A stretch of 64,000 nt of DNA from an uncultured Pelagibacteraceae bacterium. Lineage in GTDB: Bacteria > Pseudomonadota > Alphaproteobacteria > Pelagibacterales > Pelagibacteraceae. Each line of letters begins with the position of its first letter. Positions within the stretch are counted from its first letter, which is position 1. Location of the stretch: assembly GCA_902522525.1 (NCBI GenBank), contig CABYVU010000001.1, positions 76,376 through 140,375 on the forward strand. The letters are read 5' to 3'. Positions 31,701 to 39,658 of the stretch are shown in pieces. A program made the translations under genes and the position numbers. Below the pieces are notes generated by a model, which was given only the letters and a program-made list of their open reading frames with translations, was not told where the DNA came from and made no database searches.

Positions 31701-31818
31701 GATGATAATTTCTACTTTCTTTACTTTATATGTGACTCCTACAATGTATTTAACTCTTGCTAAAAATACAAAAAGAATTGATGCTGTTGATATAGAGCTA
31801 AAAAAACAGCTAAATTAG
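28708..31818 (+). CDS. RND efflux permease (AcrB/HAE1-like)
   Basis: IRRP, LPVRELP, AIGIITDDS, ALTLSPML, KNSILIV and RFRPIIMTS. Confidence 0.95.
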   Translation: MYLTDVSIRRPALSWVLSLILVVFGTFVFSKLPVRELPSGLQPPVVQVQVKYASASAPIVDEEVTQVIEEVIGGAEGIKNIDAKSENGQSTINIEFDTDINLDNAANDVRERVARVVGRLPTESEAPRILKQSAGFTTTMWLALSSETWSDLELGDYAERYLVDQFSSIKNVGRIRTGGLREQSIRVWIDPIKLAANNLTIQEVERSLRNENVRLPAGTLEAENIDLTINIDKSYNDLEKLKGLPIKKAKDNIVRLSDIANLELGPVTEKVLFRAQSKGALNLKTMGIGIYARSGASTVELSKEVEKKIKEIRKTLPADLNLEIAFNRATYIGEAINEVYKTLVIAFILVVIIIYLFLGNLKAVIVPAIALPVSLIATFLGLYIFDLSINIFVLLSFILAIGIITDDSVIMTDAIYRRIENGETPLVAAYKGSKQITFAIIATTLILVAVFLPLIFIEGIAGTLFKETAIALSFAIVVSSFVALTLSPMLGSKFLDKKKKSNFFTRGFDKFFQGFLKFYAETLGFWMNKKKTIITFIIFIVVASGALYNYTKKELLPLEDRGVYLVIGFTDEGSSFQYTQKRAEDVEKRLIPLLDGDNSPYNRFLMIVPGFGSENSFLIISLLDNWKNRKQNSQTIMRQAIGKIVTVPQTLAFPISPQSIRVSSYNKPVQMVIYGNTYEELEQIQTQVIRMLRQNRNLSRLESDYTRNKPEVNIKINKNKAKDLGISAEAIGQTLETLYGGKTVTKFNKLGKEYPIILQQYLKDRKNKESLSKIFVRSEKTGNLVSLSNLVEFNEKGTASKLSRYNRQRAVTISANISEGYTLAEAIKYLEETMTKVAPDKQITWKGKSEELKETSNELYIIFALALLTAYLVMSATFNSFIHPFIIILTVPLAVFGGLVFILFLNSSINIFSQIALVILIGISTKNSILIVDYANQLRTKGKDIEKAVKEACSLRFRPIIMTSLSTMIAMLPLVIGNIGPGAGEGSRLAVGATILGGMIISTFFTLYVTPTMYLTLAKNTKRIDAVDIELKKQLN

Positions 31819-32414
31819 AATAAAATATATTTTCTAGTAGTTAGTGAGTTTTTACATTTATTAAGTTGAGTTTTGTATTTCTTAGACTGGTTTTCAACTT
31901 TCTTTGCTAATAAAATAATTTTTTGATTATTTTTATAATTTTTATAATTCCCCCATCCCTCATGATAAGCAACATACTGCCTAAAAGCATCATTTTTAGG
32001 TATTTTCAGTATCTTTTCAGTTTTATTTGTGTACCAACCAATAAAATCTACGCTATCTTTAAACCTCGTCCGGGTAGCATATTTATTTCCAGTTTCCTCT
32101 TTATACTGTTTCCATGTGCCTTTTACAGCTTGAGAATAGCCAAAAGAACTGGATGGTCTCTTATATGGAATTACTTTAAACAATTTTTGTCTTGGTGGTT
32201 TAGCCAACCAATCAAAGTCGGACTCCATTTTAATAATTGCAAGTTGTAAATAAATAGGTGTTCCCCATTTTTGCTCAGATTTTTTTGCATGTTTATACCA
32301 AAGATATCTTTCTGAAAAAATTGAACAACCATCAGCTGTATTTTTAGGTACAGAAGAACATGCGGAAATCAAAATCAGAGTTATAAATAAATATAATTTT
32401 TTATTTCGAATCAC
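31815..32414 (-). CDS. Lipoprotein with SLT/lysozyme-like transglycosylase domain
   Basis: Lipobox LISAC; AIIKMESDF, SSSFGYSQA and AYHEG. Confidence 0.8.
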   Translation of the reverse strand: MIRNKKLYLFITLILISACSSVPKNTADGCSIFSERYLWYKHAKKSEQKWGTPIYLQLAIIKMESDFDWLAKPPRQKLFKVIPYKRPSSSFGYSQAVKGTWKQYKEETGNKYATRTRFKDSVDFIGWYTNKTEKILKIPKNDAFRQYVAYHEGWGNYKNYKNNQKIILLAKKVENQSKKYKTQLNKCKNSLTTRKYILF

Positions 32415-32422
32415 TCTTTTTA

Positions 32423-32938
32423 TTATCTATTTTTTTTTCTCCATATCCAAGGATATTCGAATTTCATTTGCCACAATCCTAAAGAAAGATTTTTTGCATA
32501 TTTTTCATATGCACTGAATTTTCCTTTGGAATATTTTGGATAATCAAATGCATAGCCATTCTTGACCATGTAAACTGATAAACTTTCGTTACCTAAAAAA
32601 CACTCTCCTAATAACCTATTAAACTGATCTTTATTTTTTTCAATTTTACAATCTATAGATTGATTTCCTATTTTTTCTATCAGTTTATCTTTTGATAATA
32701 TTCCACAAAAAATATCCACTTTATTTAAAATGCATATTTGTTTTTTCCCAAAAAAATAACTTTCTGGGGCGTCAATTCCACTAAAACGAATTTTTTTATT
32801 ATTTATTTTAACTGTATCACCGTCTGTTATAACTGGATTCCCTGATATTATTTTATAATTACTATTTAATGAAAATGAACTATTTGTATTTATTAGAATG
32901 AAAAAAAAACTAACTAAAATCAGTTTTAGCTTTTTCAT
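32423..32938 (-). CDS. Thermonuclease (SNase) family secreted nuclease
   Basis: Signal peptide; ITDGDT, IRFSGIDAPE, MVKNGYA, GLW and PWIWR. Confidence 0.88.
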   Translation of the reverse strand: MKKLKLILVSFFFILINTNSSFSLNSNYKIISGNPVITDGDTVKINNKKIRFSGIDAPESYFFGKKQICILNKVDIFCGILSKDKLIEKIGNQSIDCKIEKNKDQFNRLLGECFLGNESLSVYMVKNGYAFDYPKYSKGKFSAYEKYAKNLSLGLWQMKFEYPWIWRKKNR

Positions 32939-33218
32939 TTAGCTCGTCCATCTTTTTTCTCAATTCCTCATCTGATATGTTTTTTTCTTTTAGATCTTCT
33001 TTGATCTTTCTAAAGACGTCTTCATCTCCTGCTTCAGCAAAATCTGCCTTTATTACTGATTGAATATATTCTTTTTCTTGATCTGAATTGTAACCAAGTA
33101 TTTCGGATGCCCATTCCCCTAAATATTTATTCCTTCTAGCGCTAACTTTAAATTGAAGCTCTTGATCATGAGCAAATTTCTTTTCAAAACTTTTTTTTCT
33201 ATCCTCAAATGAACTCAT
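32910..33218 (-). CDS. F1Fo-ATPase inhibitor zeta subunit (DUF1476)
   Basis: MSSFEDRKKSFEKKFAHDQELQFKVSARRNKYLGEWA closely resembles the Paracoccus zeta N-terminus. Confidence 0.9.
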   Translation of the reverse strand: MSSFEDRKKSFEKKFAHDQELQFKVSARRNKYLGEWASEILGYNSDQEKEYIQSVIKADFAEAGDEDVFRKIKEDLKEKNISDEELRKKMDELNEKAKTDFS

Positions 33219-33282
33219 TATAATAAAATAAAAAGATTTAGCTTTATGTCAATCTAATTTAATTTATATTTATGTTAAATTT

Positions 33283-33993
33283 ATGAATTATTTAATTCTC
33301 GTGAGACATGGACAAAGTGAATGGAACCTAGAAAATCGTTTCACAGGCTGGGTAGACGTTGATTTAGCTGCCAAAGGTAAGCTTGAAGCTTGCAAAGCAG
33401 GAGAATTAATTAAGAAATTAGGTATTGAATTATCTTATTTTTATACATCTTTACAATCAAGATCGATTGAGACTCTTAATTTGATATTAAATACTATGAG
33501 AATAAAAAATCAGGAAATTGTAAATGCATGGGAATTAAATGAGAGACATTACGGATCTTTAACAGGTCTAAATAAAGATGAAATGAAAAAGCTTTATGGT
33601 GAAGAAAAAATTCATATTTTTAGAAGATCATGGGATAATCCACCAGAAGCACTTAAAAAAACAAGTCCATATCATCCATTGAATATCGATATATACAAAA
33701 ATGTTCCAAGAGATAAGATCCCTGATACTGAATCATTGAAAAATACCTACGAAAGAGTGATACCATTTTATAAAAGAAATATAGAGCCAAAATTAGATAA
33801 AAATATAATTGTTTCAGCTCATGGAAATTCAATAAGATCATTGTGTAAATACCTATTTGATTTAGATAACAAAAAAATTTCAAGTCTAGAAATACCAACA
33901 GGTAATCCTTTATTAATAGAAATTGAAGAAAGAAAAATTAAAAATGCTAGTTATTTAGATAAAGACAGAGCAAAAGACCTTTTAGTTTTCTAA
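33283..33993 (+). CDS. gpmA: 2,3-bisphosphoglycerate-dependent phosphoglycerate mutase
   Basis: RHGQSEWN..NRFTGW, LNERHYG, AHGNSIR and IPTG. Confidence 0.96.
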   Translation: MNYLILVRHGQSEWNLENRFTGWVDVDLAAKGKLEACKAGELIKKLGIELSYFYTSLQSRSIETLNLILNTMRIKNQEIVNAWELNERHYGSLTGLNKDEMKKLYGEEKIHIFRRSWDNPPEALKKTSPYHPLNIDIYKNVPRDKIPDTESLKNTYERVIPFYKRNIEPKLDKNIIVSAHGNSIRSLCKYLFDLDNKKISSLEIPTGNPLLIEIEERKIKNASYLDKDRAKDLLVF

Positions 33994-34676
33994 ATAAATA
34001 ATTTTTCATATATTTCATAATCAGTTAAGTGCTTAAATTCTCCTTTATGTTCATAACCATAAAGTTTACTTTCTCTTAAAAGAGTATCCCATATTTCAGA
34101 TACAGGAAAATAATTTAGTTGCTTATGAGAAATTATATCTTTGTTGAATATTTGACATCCTGTATATTTAAAATTATTAACTTTTTCCTTAAATAAAATA
34201 TTATTTTTAATTTCGAAATCTCCATTAAATCTTCTATCAAAACACGATGAATTATTTACAACCAATAAAATATTTTTAATTTTTTTTTCGAAATAGATAT
34301 TTTCCATATCAATAACTGAGCTTATGAAACTATCATCCCAAATTGTATCTGGATTAATAACTAATACATCCTCTTCATCAGATTTATTAATAAGGCTTAA
34401 AATTCCACCGCCTGTGCCTAAAATTGTTTCACCATCATCAACAATTTCAATATTTAATGGAAAATTTTTATTTTCAATAAAACTAATTATTTTTTCTTTT
34501 AAATAAAATACATTAATTTTAATTTTGTTTATTTTTAGTTTTATTAAAAATTTAATAGTATTCTCTAATAAGGTTTCATCTTTATAATTAATTAAAGGCT
34601 TGGGTAATGAGTCTGTTATTGGTTGTACCCTCTTACCAAACCCAGCACAAAGAATTAAAGCAGTTTTAACTTTCAT
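33990..34676 (-). CDS. murU: MurNAc-alpha-1-phosphate uridylyltransferase (MurU-like nucleotidyltransferase)
   Basis: LCAGFGKRVQPIT..PKPL, LGTGGG and INPD; adjacent to amgK/tsaE. Confidence 0.8.
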   Translation of the reverse strand: MKVKTALILCAGFGKRVQPITDSLPKPLINYKDETLLENTIKFLIKLKINKIKINVFYLKEKIISFIENKNFPLNIEIVDDGETILGTGGGILSLINKSDEEDVLVINPDTIWDDSFISSVIDMENIYFEKKIKNILLVVNNSSCFDRRFNGDFEIKNNILFKEKVNNFKYTGCQIFNKDIISHKQLNYFPVSEIWDTLLRESKLYGYEHKGEFKHLTDYEIYEKLFI

Positions 34677-35617
34677 ATCAATTTTCTTTTTTTTTTATCA
34701 AAGTTTTTGACTAAAAGGTAATTTAAGTCTTTGAATATTGGGTTTTTGCTTGTCCTAAGTTCAATTAGTTTCCAAGCATAAGGTATAAGTTTTAGATACT
34801 TATTTTTATTATCTCTCATGGATAAACGAGTAAATATACCAATTATTTTAAAATTTCTAAGCACAGATAAAATATCAAAATCATTCTTGAATTTTTTATG
34901 ATCTAAATTTTTATTTTTTTTTAAGAATTCGTGAAAAATAAAATCCTTGATTTTTATATTTGTTTTAAGCCTTACATCATCAATTAAAGAAGCTAAATCA
35001 TATGCAATATTACCATATACGGCATCCTGACTATCAATCAGTCCTAGGCCTCTTTTAGTTATCATTATATTAGATACGTGAAAATCCCTGTGTACAAAAA
35101 CTTTCCTTTTGTATGAAATATTTCTTAATAATTTTTTAAATATTTTTTTTAACTCTTTTTCTAAAGATTGTTTTTTTTTACCTTTAAAATATTTTTGCAA
35201 ATACCATTTTATAAATAAGTTAGATTCATCTAATAACATTTTTGAGGTATAATTTGGAACTTTGAAGTTTGTTTTCAAAAATGTTTTTTGATTTTTAATT
35301 TTTATTTTTTTTATTTTTAACAATAAGTCTAAAATGTTTTTATAATAATTTTTTTTATTAGCTGTTTTTTTTTTAAATTTTTTAAAAACAGTTGTATCTC
35401 CGAAATCCTCTATTTCTATATAATTTTCTTTATAATGTTGAGATATTAAAGATGGAGCTATCACTTTTTTTTTAATTAATATTTTATTAATAGCATCGTA
35501 ATCTAATAAATTACTTTTTTTATTTTTAATACAATAAACAATAATACTATTTTTACTTCTATAGAAATTTCTGAATGATGCGTCTCCTGATAATTTCTTT
35601 AATTTATTTAAATTCAT
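34673..35617 (-). CDS. amgK: Anomeric MurNAc/GlcNAc kinase (APH family)
   Basis: GDASFRNFYR, EDFGD, HRDFHVSN, IDSQDA, YDLASL and GIFTRL. Confidence 0.85.
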   Translation of the reverse strand: MNLNKLKKLSGDASFRNFYRSKNSIIVYCIKNKKSNLLDYDAINKILIKKKVIAPSLISQHYKENYIEIEDFGDTTVFKKFKKKTANKKNYYKNILDLLLKIKKIKIKNQKTFLKTNFKVPNYTSKMLLDESNLFIKWYLQKYFKGKKKQSLEKELKKIFKKLLRNISYKRKVFVHRDFHVSNIMITKRGLGLIDSQDAVYGNIAYDLASLIDDVRLKTNIKIKDFIFHEFLKKNKNLDHKKFKNDFDILSVLRNFKIIGIFTRLSMRDNKNKYLKLIPYAWKLIELRTSKNPIFKDLNYLLVKNFDKKKRKLI

Positions 35618-36083
35618 TTAAAAATTTTTTATTTCCAGAAATAATTGAAAGATAACGCTCGCTATAATTTTTTTTATATTCAAATATTAAATTTATACTA
35701 TTTTTTATTTTTATTTTTTTTATTATTTCTGGCCATTCAACAAACGTAATTTGATCTTTTAGATTTTCTTGAATGCCCAAATTGTTTAATTCTTTTTTAT
35801 TTTTAATTCTGTAAAGATCGTAGTGTTTAATTAATATTTTTTTAATTTGATATTCATTAATTACTGTAAATGTCGGACTTGTTACCTCAGATATTTTTTG
35901 TTTATTTACTTTTTGAAGAAAATTTATTACGTATTTTATAAAAGTTGTTTTTCCAACACCTAAATTCCCACTCAATAGTATAAAATCACCTTGCTTTATT
36001 AATTTTGAGAATTTTTCTGCTACAGATTTAGTGTTATTTTCCTCAGAAATATTAATTTTGCCACCCTTAGTAGCGGTAAGCAT
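35604..36083 (-). CDS. tsaE: tRNA t6A biosynthesis ATPase TsaE
   Basis: [20 protein letters not shown] and VEWPE; ATG 36083 is the likely start. Confidence 0.92.
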   Translation of the reverse strand: MLTATKGGKINISEENNTKSVAEKFSKLIKQGDFILLSGNLGVGKTTFIKYVINFLQKVNKQKISEVTSPTFTVINEYQIKKILIKHYDLYRIKNKKELNNLGIQENLKDQITFVEWPEIIKKIKIKNSINLIFEYKKNYSERYLSIISGNKKFLNEFK

Positions 36084-37353
36084 CTGGCTTATATGGTCCT
36101 TCAGTTTTAACACTGATATAATCAGCTTGGTCCTTAGATAAAGGTGTTAATTTAGCTCCAACTTTTTCTAAATGTAATCTAGCTACTTTTTCATCTAAAT
36201 GTTTAGGAAGTACATAAACTTTATTCTGGTAATTATCTGAGTTATTCCATAACTCTATTTGAGCTGTAACTTGGTTTGTAAATGAAGCACTCATTACAAA
36301 ACTAGGGTGTCCTGTTGCACAACCTAAATTAACAAGTCTCCCTTCAGCTAATAATATAAGTCTCTTATTATCTGGAAAAGTAATTTCATGAACTTGTGGT
36401 TTTATTTCATCCCATTTATAATTTTTTAATGCATCAACTTGTATCTCATTATCAAAGTGTCCAATATTACAAAGGATTGATCTATCTTTCATTGCTCTCA
36501 TATGATCTGCAGTAACAATATCCTTGTTACCTGTTGCTGTAACAACAATGTCAGCTTGGCCAATCATCTCATCCATTAATACAACCTCATAACCCTCCAT
36601 TGCAGCCTGAAGTGCACAAATAGGATCTGTTTCTGTTACCATTACTCTTGCACCGCTTTGTCTTAATGAAGCTGCACTTCCTTTTCCTACATCACCAAAT
36701 CCTGCAACAATAGCAACTTTTCCAGACATCATTACATCTGTTGCTCTTTTAATTCCGTCAACTAAACTTTCTCTGCACCCATATAGATTATCAAATTTTG
36801 ATTTTGTAACTGAGTCATTTACATTTATTGCAGGGACTAAAAGGGTTCCTTGTTCTTCCATTTTTTTAAGAGCTAATACCCCTGTAGTTGTTTCTTCACT
36901 CAATCCTTTTATATCTTTCATTAAATCTTTGTAATCTTTATGCATAAGTGCAGTAAGATCTCCACCATCATCTAAAATCATATTTGGCTTCCAGTCTTTT
37001 TTACCTTCGATAGTTTGTCTTACACACCACCAATACTCATCCTCGGTTTCACCTTTCCATGCAAATACTGGGATTCCAGCTTTTGCGATTGCAGCTGCTG
37101 CATGATCTTGAGTGGAAAAAATATTACATGAAGACCATCTTACTTCAGCTCCTAAATCAACTAAAGTTTCGATTAAAACTGCTGTTTGAATTGTCATATG
37201 TAGACAACCTAAAATTCTTGCGCCTTTTAAAGGATTTTTTCCTTTATATTCTTTTCTTAATGCCATTAAACCTGGCATTTCTGTTTCTGCTAATGAAATT
37301 TCTTTTCTCCCAAATTCTGCTTCGTTAATATCTTTAACTTTATAATCTGTCAT
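36067..37353 (-). CDS. ahcY: Adenosylhomocysteinase
   Basis: [33 protein letters not shown] and [13 protein letters not shown]. Confidence 0.99.
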   Translation of the reverse strand: MTDYKVKDINEAEFGRKEISLAETEMPGLMALRKEYKGKNPLKGARILGCLHMTIQTAVLIETLVDLGAEVRWSSCNIFSTQDHAAAAIAKAGIPVFAWKGETEDEYWWCVRQTIEGKKDWKPNMILDDGGDLTALMHKDYKDLMKDIKGLSEETTTGVLALKKMEEQGTLLVPAINVNDSVTKSKFDNLYGCRESLVDGIKRATDVMMSGKVAIVAGFGDVGKGSAASLRQSGARVMVTETDPICALQAAMEGYEVVLMDEMIGQADIVVTATGNKDIVTADHMRAMKDRSILCNIGHFDNEIQVDALKNYKWDEIKPQVHEITFPDNKRLILLAEGRLVNLGCATGHPSFVMSASFTNQVTAQIELWNNSDNYQNKVYVLPKHLDEKVARLHLEKVGAKLTPLSKDQADYISVKTEGPYKPDAYRY

Positions 37354-37395
37354 AAGCTTCGGCTTGTAACAACTTTATTTATAATAATCAACTTT

Positions 37396-38898
37396 TCATT
37401 GGGTCGCCGGGAAAATAATTTCAACCTTTGCACCTCTCTCTTTATTATTTTCAGCTTTAATTTGTCCATTATGCAATTCAACCAAGTTTTTCACTATATT
37501 TAGGCCTAATCCTGAATGTTCTCCAAAATTTTCAGGTCTATTGCTGTAAAATCTATTAAAAATTTTATTGGTATCCTTCTCACTAAAACCAATCCCCTCG
37601 TCAATAACAACAATTCTTGGTTTACCTTCTTTGTCTTTACTAACTTCAACTATAATTTCTTGATTCTCATCGCTAAAAGAAATTGAATTTTCAAGTAAAT
37701 TTGCAATAATTTGTTCTATCCTATTGTTGATACCAAGTATAAAATAATTCTCAGATCCATTAGACTTTAATCTTATTTTTATATTTCTCTTTGTATTATA
37801 AATATTGTTAAAATCATCAACCACAGACTTTGCAATATCTTTTATATCAATTTTTTGCATTGTTTCTGTGGAAATTACTGCCTCATCTTTCAACATTTGA
37901 GAATAATCAGTAATTAATCTTTCTATTCTCTCAACATCATGAGAGACAATATTAATTAATTTTTCTCTTTTAGTTTTATCTTCTGTTTCTGAAATTATCT
38001 CAGATGCACTTTTCAATGAAGCAAGAGGATTCCTAATTTCATGAAGTAGGTCTGTTGAATAATTTTCAGCAGTTGTAATTCTTTTATTTAATTCACTAGT
38101 CATTTCATCAAGTGATTTTGATAATATACCTAATTCATCATTTCTTGTCTTAACCCTTTCTATATCTGTTTTTTCGTTACTTTTGTCTTTTATGATTTTT
38201 GTATAAGTAACTAAGTTTTTAATAGGTTTTAAAAAATATCTATTTAAAACATATGAAAAAATAATGATAACTAAAAGTACCGCAAGAGCTGTTCTAATAA
38301 TAAAGTTCTCTCTCTCCTCAATTTGTGCAATTATATTATCAGCATTTTCAGATATAAGAATAAAACCCTTGTTATTTAAATTATTAATAATCTTAATACT
38401 AAAAATAAAAAACTGTCCTTGGATTTGTTTAAAATTTGTTAAAGATTTTTCAGATCCAGATAAATAATACTCATAAAGATCTTCATCAAAAATTGTTTCA
38501 TTTTTATTTTCTTGATTATTAAAATTTTTCTCGTTTGGCTCTTCAGTTAATTCTTCAATTAATAACGTTGAGGATGGAATAGATCTTGTATCGCCAATCC
38601 AATTTAATTTATCATCAAAAAATATTACCCTATCTAATTTTTCAAAGTATGGAAATCGAGATTTTTTGGAAAACAAAAATTCGCTTATTCCATACTCATT
38701 TAATTTAATATTTGATTTTTCAAGATTTAATATTGTTTGAGTTATTATATTTGTATGATTTATTTGTTTTTCATTAATCAAATTTTTTTTTATAGCACCT
38801 AAATAAAAGAATGTGATTATTATTATGAATATGAAAACTACTAGATTAATAAATAAGAATTTCTGTAATATAGAGAGATTTTTTAGTATTTTTCCCAT
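37396..38898 (-). CDS. chvG: Sensor histidine kinase ChvG/ExoS
   Basis: 2 TM + HAMP, HEIRNPLASL H-box, NLLENSISFS, FYSNRP..FGEHSGLGL; follows chvI. Confidence 0.85.
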   Translation of the reverse strand: MGKILKNLSILQKFLFINLVVFIFIIIITFFYLGAIKKNLINEKQINHTNIITQTILNLEKSNIKLNEYGISEFLFSKKSRFPYFEKLDRVIFFDDKLNWIGDTRSIPSSTLLIEELTEEPNEKNFNNQENKNETIFDEDLYEYYLSGSEKSLTNFKQIQGQFFIFSIKIINNLNNKGFILISENADNIIAQIEERENFIIRTALAVLLVIIIFSYVLNRYFLKPIKNLVTYTKIIKDKSNEKTDIERVKTRNDELGILSKSLDEMTSELNKRITTAENYSTDLLHEIRNPLASLKSASEIISETEDKTKREKLINIVSHDVERIERLITDYSQMLKDEAVISTETMQKIDIKDIAKSVVDDFNNIYNTKRNIKIRLKSNGSENYFILGINNRIEQIIANLLENSISFSDENQEIIVEVSKDKEGKPRIVVIDEGIGFSEKDTNKIFNRFYSNRPENFGEHSGLGLNIVKNLVELHNGQIKAENNKERGAKVEIIFPATQ

Positions 38899-38903
38899 AA
38901 TTA

Positions 38904-39608
38904 TTATTTAACATTCCATCTATATCCACTTCCATATCTTGTTTCAATTGCTGAAAAATCAGTATCAACCTTTTTAAATTTTTTTCTTATTCTTTTAACA
39001 TGACTATCAATAGTCCTATCTTCTATATCTGTGTCCTCCCGATAAGCTACATCCATGAGTAAGGCTCTCTCTTTAATCATTCCTGGTCTTTTTGCTAGCT
39101 CCTCAACAATTTTAAATTCTGTTGTAGTTAGTTTATCAGGCAATTGTTTGCCATCCCACTCACATTCGAGTTGGGAAGGATCTAATTTTAACTTACCATG
39201 AGAGATTACATTTTTATTTTCTTCTATATTAATGTCCTTATCTTTTTTTCTTAATTGTACTTTAATTCTCTCAACTAAAACTTTTGTTGAAAATCCTCCA
39301 GTTTTACCAACAAAGTCATCTGCACCGAGTTTTAAACCACTAACCTCATCAGTTACTTCATCTTTAGAAGTTAAAAAAATAACTGGCATAGAAGTTTTTT
39401 TTCTAAGTTTTCTTAGAAGTTCTTCACCATCCATTCTTGGCATTTTAATATCAATCACAGCAAGATCAGGTGGTGTTCTTGATAATCCAACAAGAGCATT
39501 TTCACCGTCAATATAAGTTTGAACTTTAAAACCCTCCTTTTCTAAAGCCATCTGGACAGATGTTAACAGATTTCTATCATCATCAACTAACGCAATTGTT
39601 TGTGACAT
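38904..39608 (-). CDS. chvI: OmpR-family response regulator ChvI
   Basis: IALVDDDRN, DIKMPRMDG, FLTSKD and DRTIDSHVKRIRKKF. Confidence 0.93.
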   Translation of the reverse strand: MSQTIALVDDDRNLLTSVQMALEKEGFKVQTYIDGENALVGLSRTPPDLAVIDIKMPRMDGEELLRKLRKKTSMPVIFLTSKDEVTDEVSGLKLGADDFVGKTGGFSTKVLVERIKVQLRKKDKDINIEENKNVISHGKLKLDPSQLECEWDGKQLPDKLTTTEFKIVEELAKRPGMIKERALLMDVAYREDTDIEDRTIDSHVKRIRKKFKKVDTDFSAIETRYGSGYRWNVK

Positions 39609-39658
39609 AAATTAAATTAAAAATACTAAATTGTTCAGATTAGGGCAATTGTTTGTTT

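Noticed and set aside
37354-37395. Possible SAH or SAM-SAH riboswitch upstream of ahcY
   Set aside because: The spacer is only 42 nt, mostly promoter-like, with just a 4-bp hairpin (AAGC-CGAA-GCTT)
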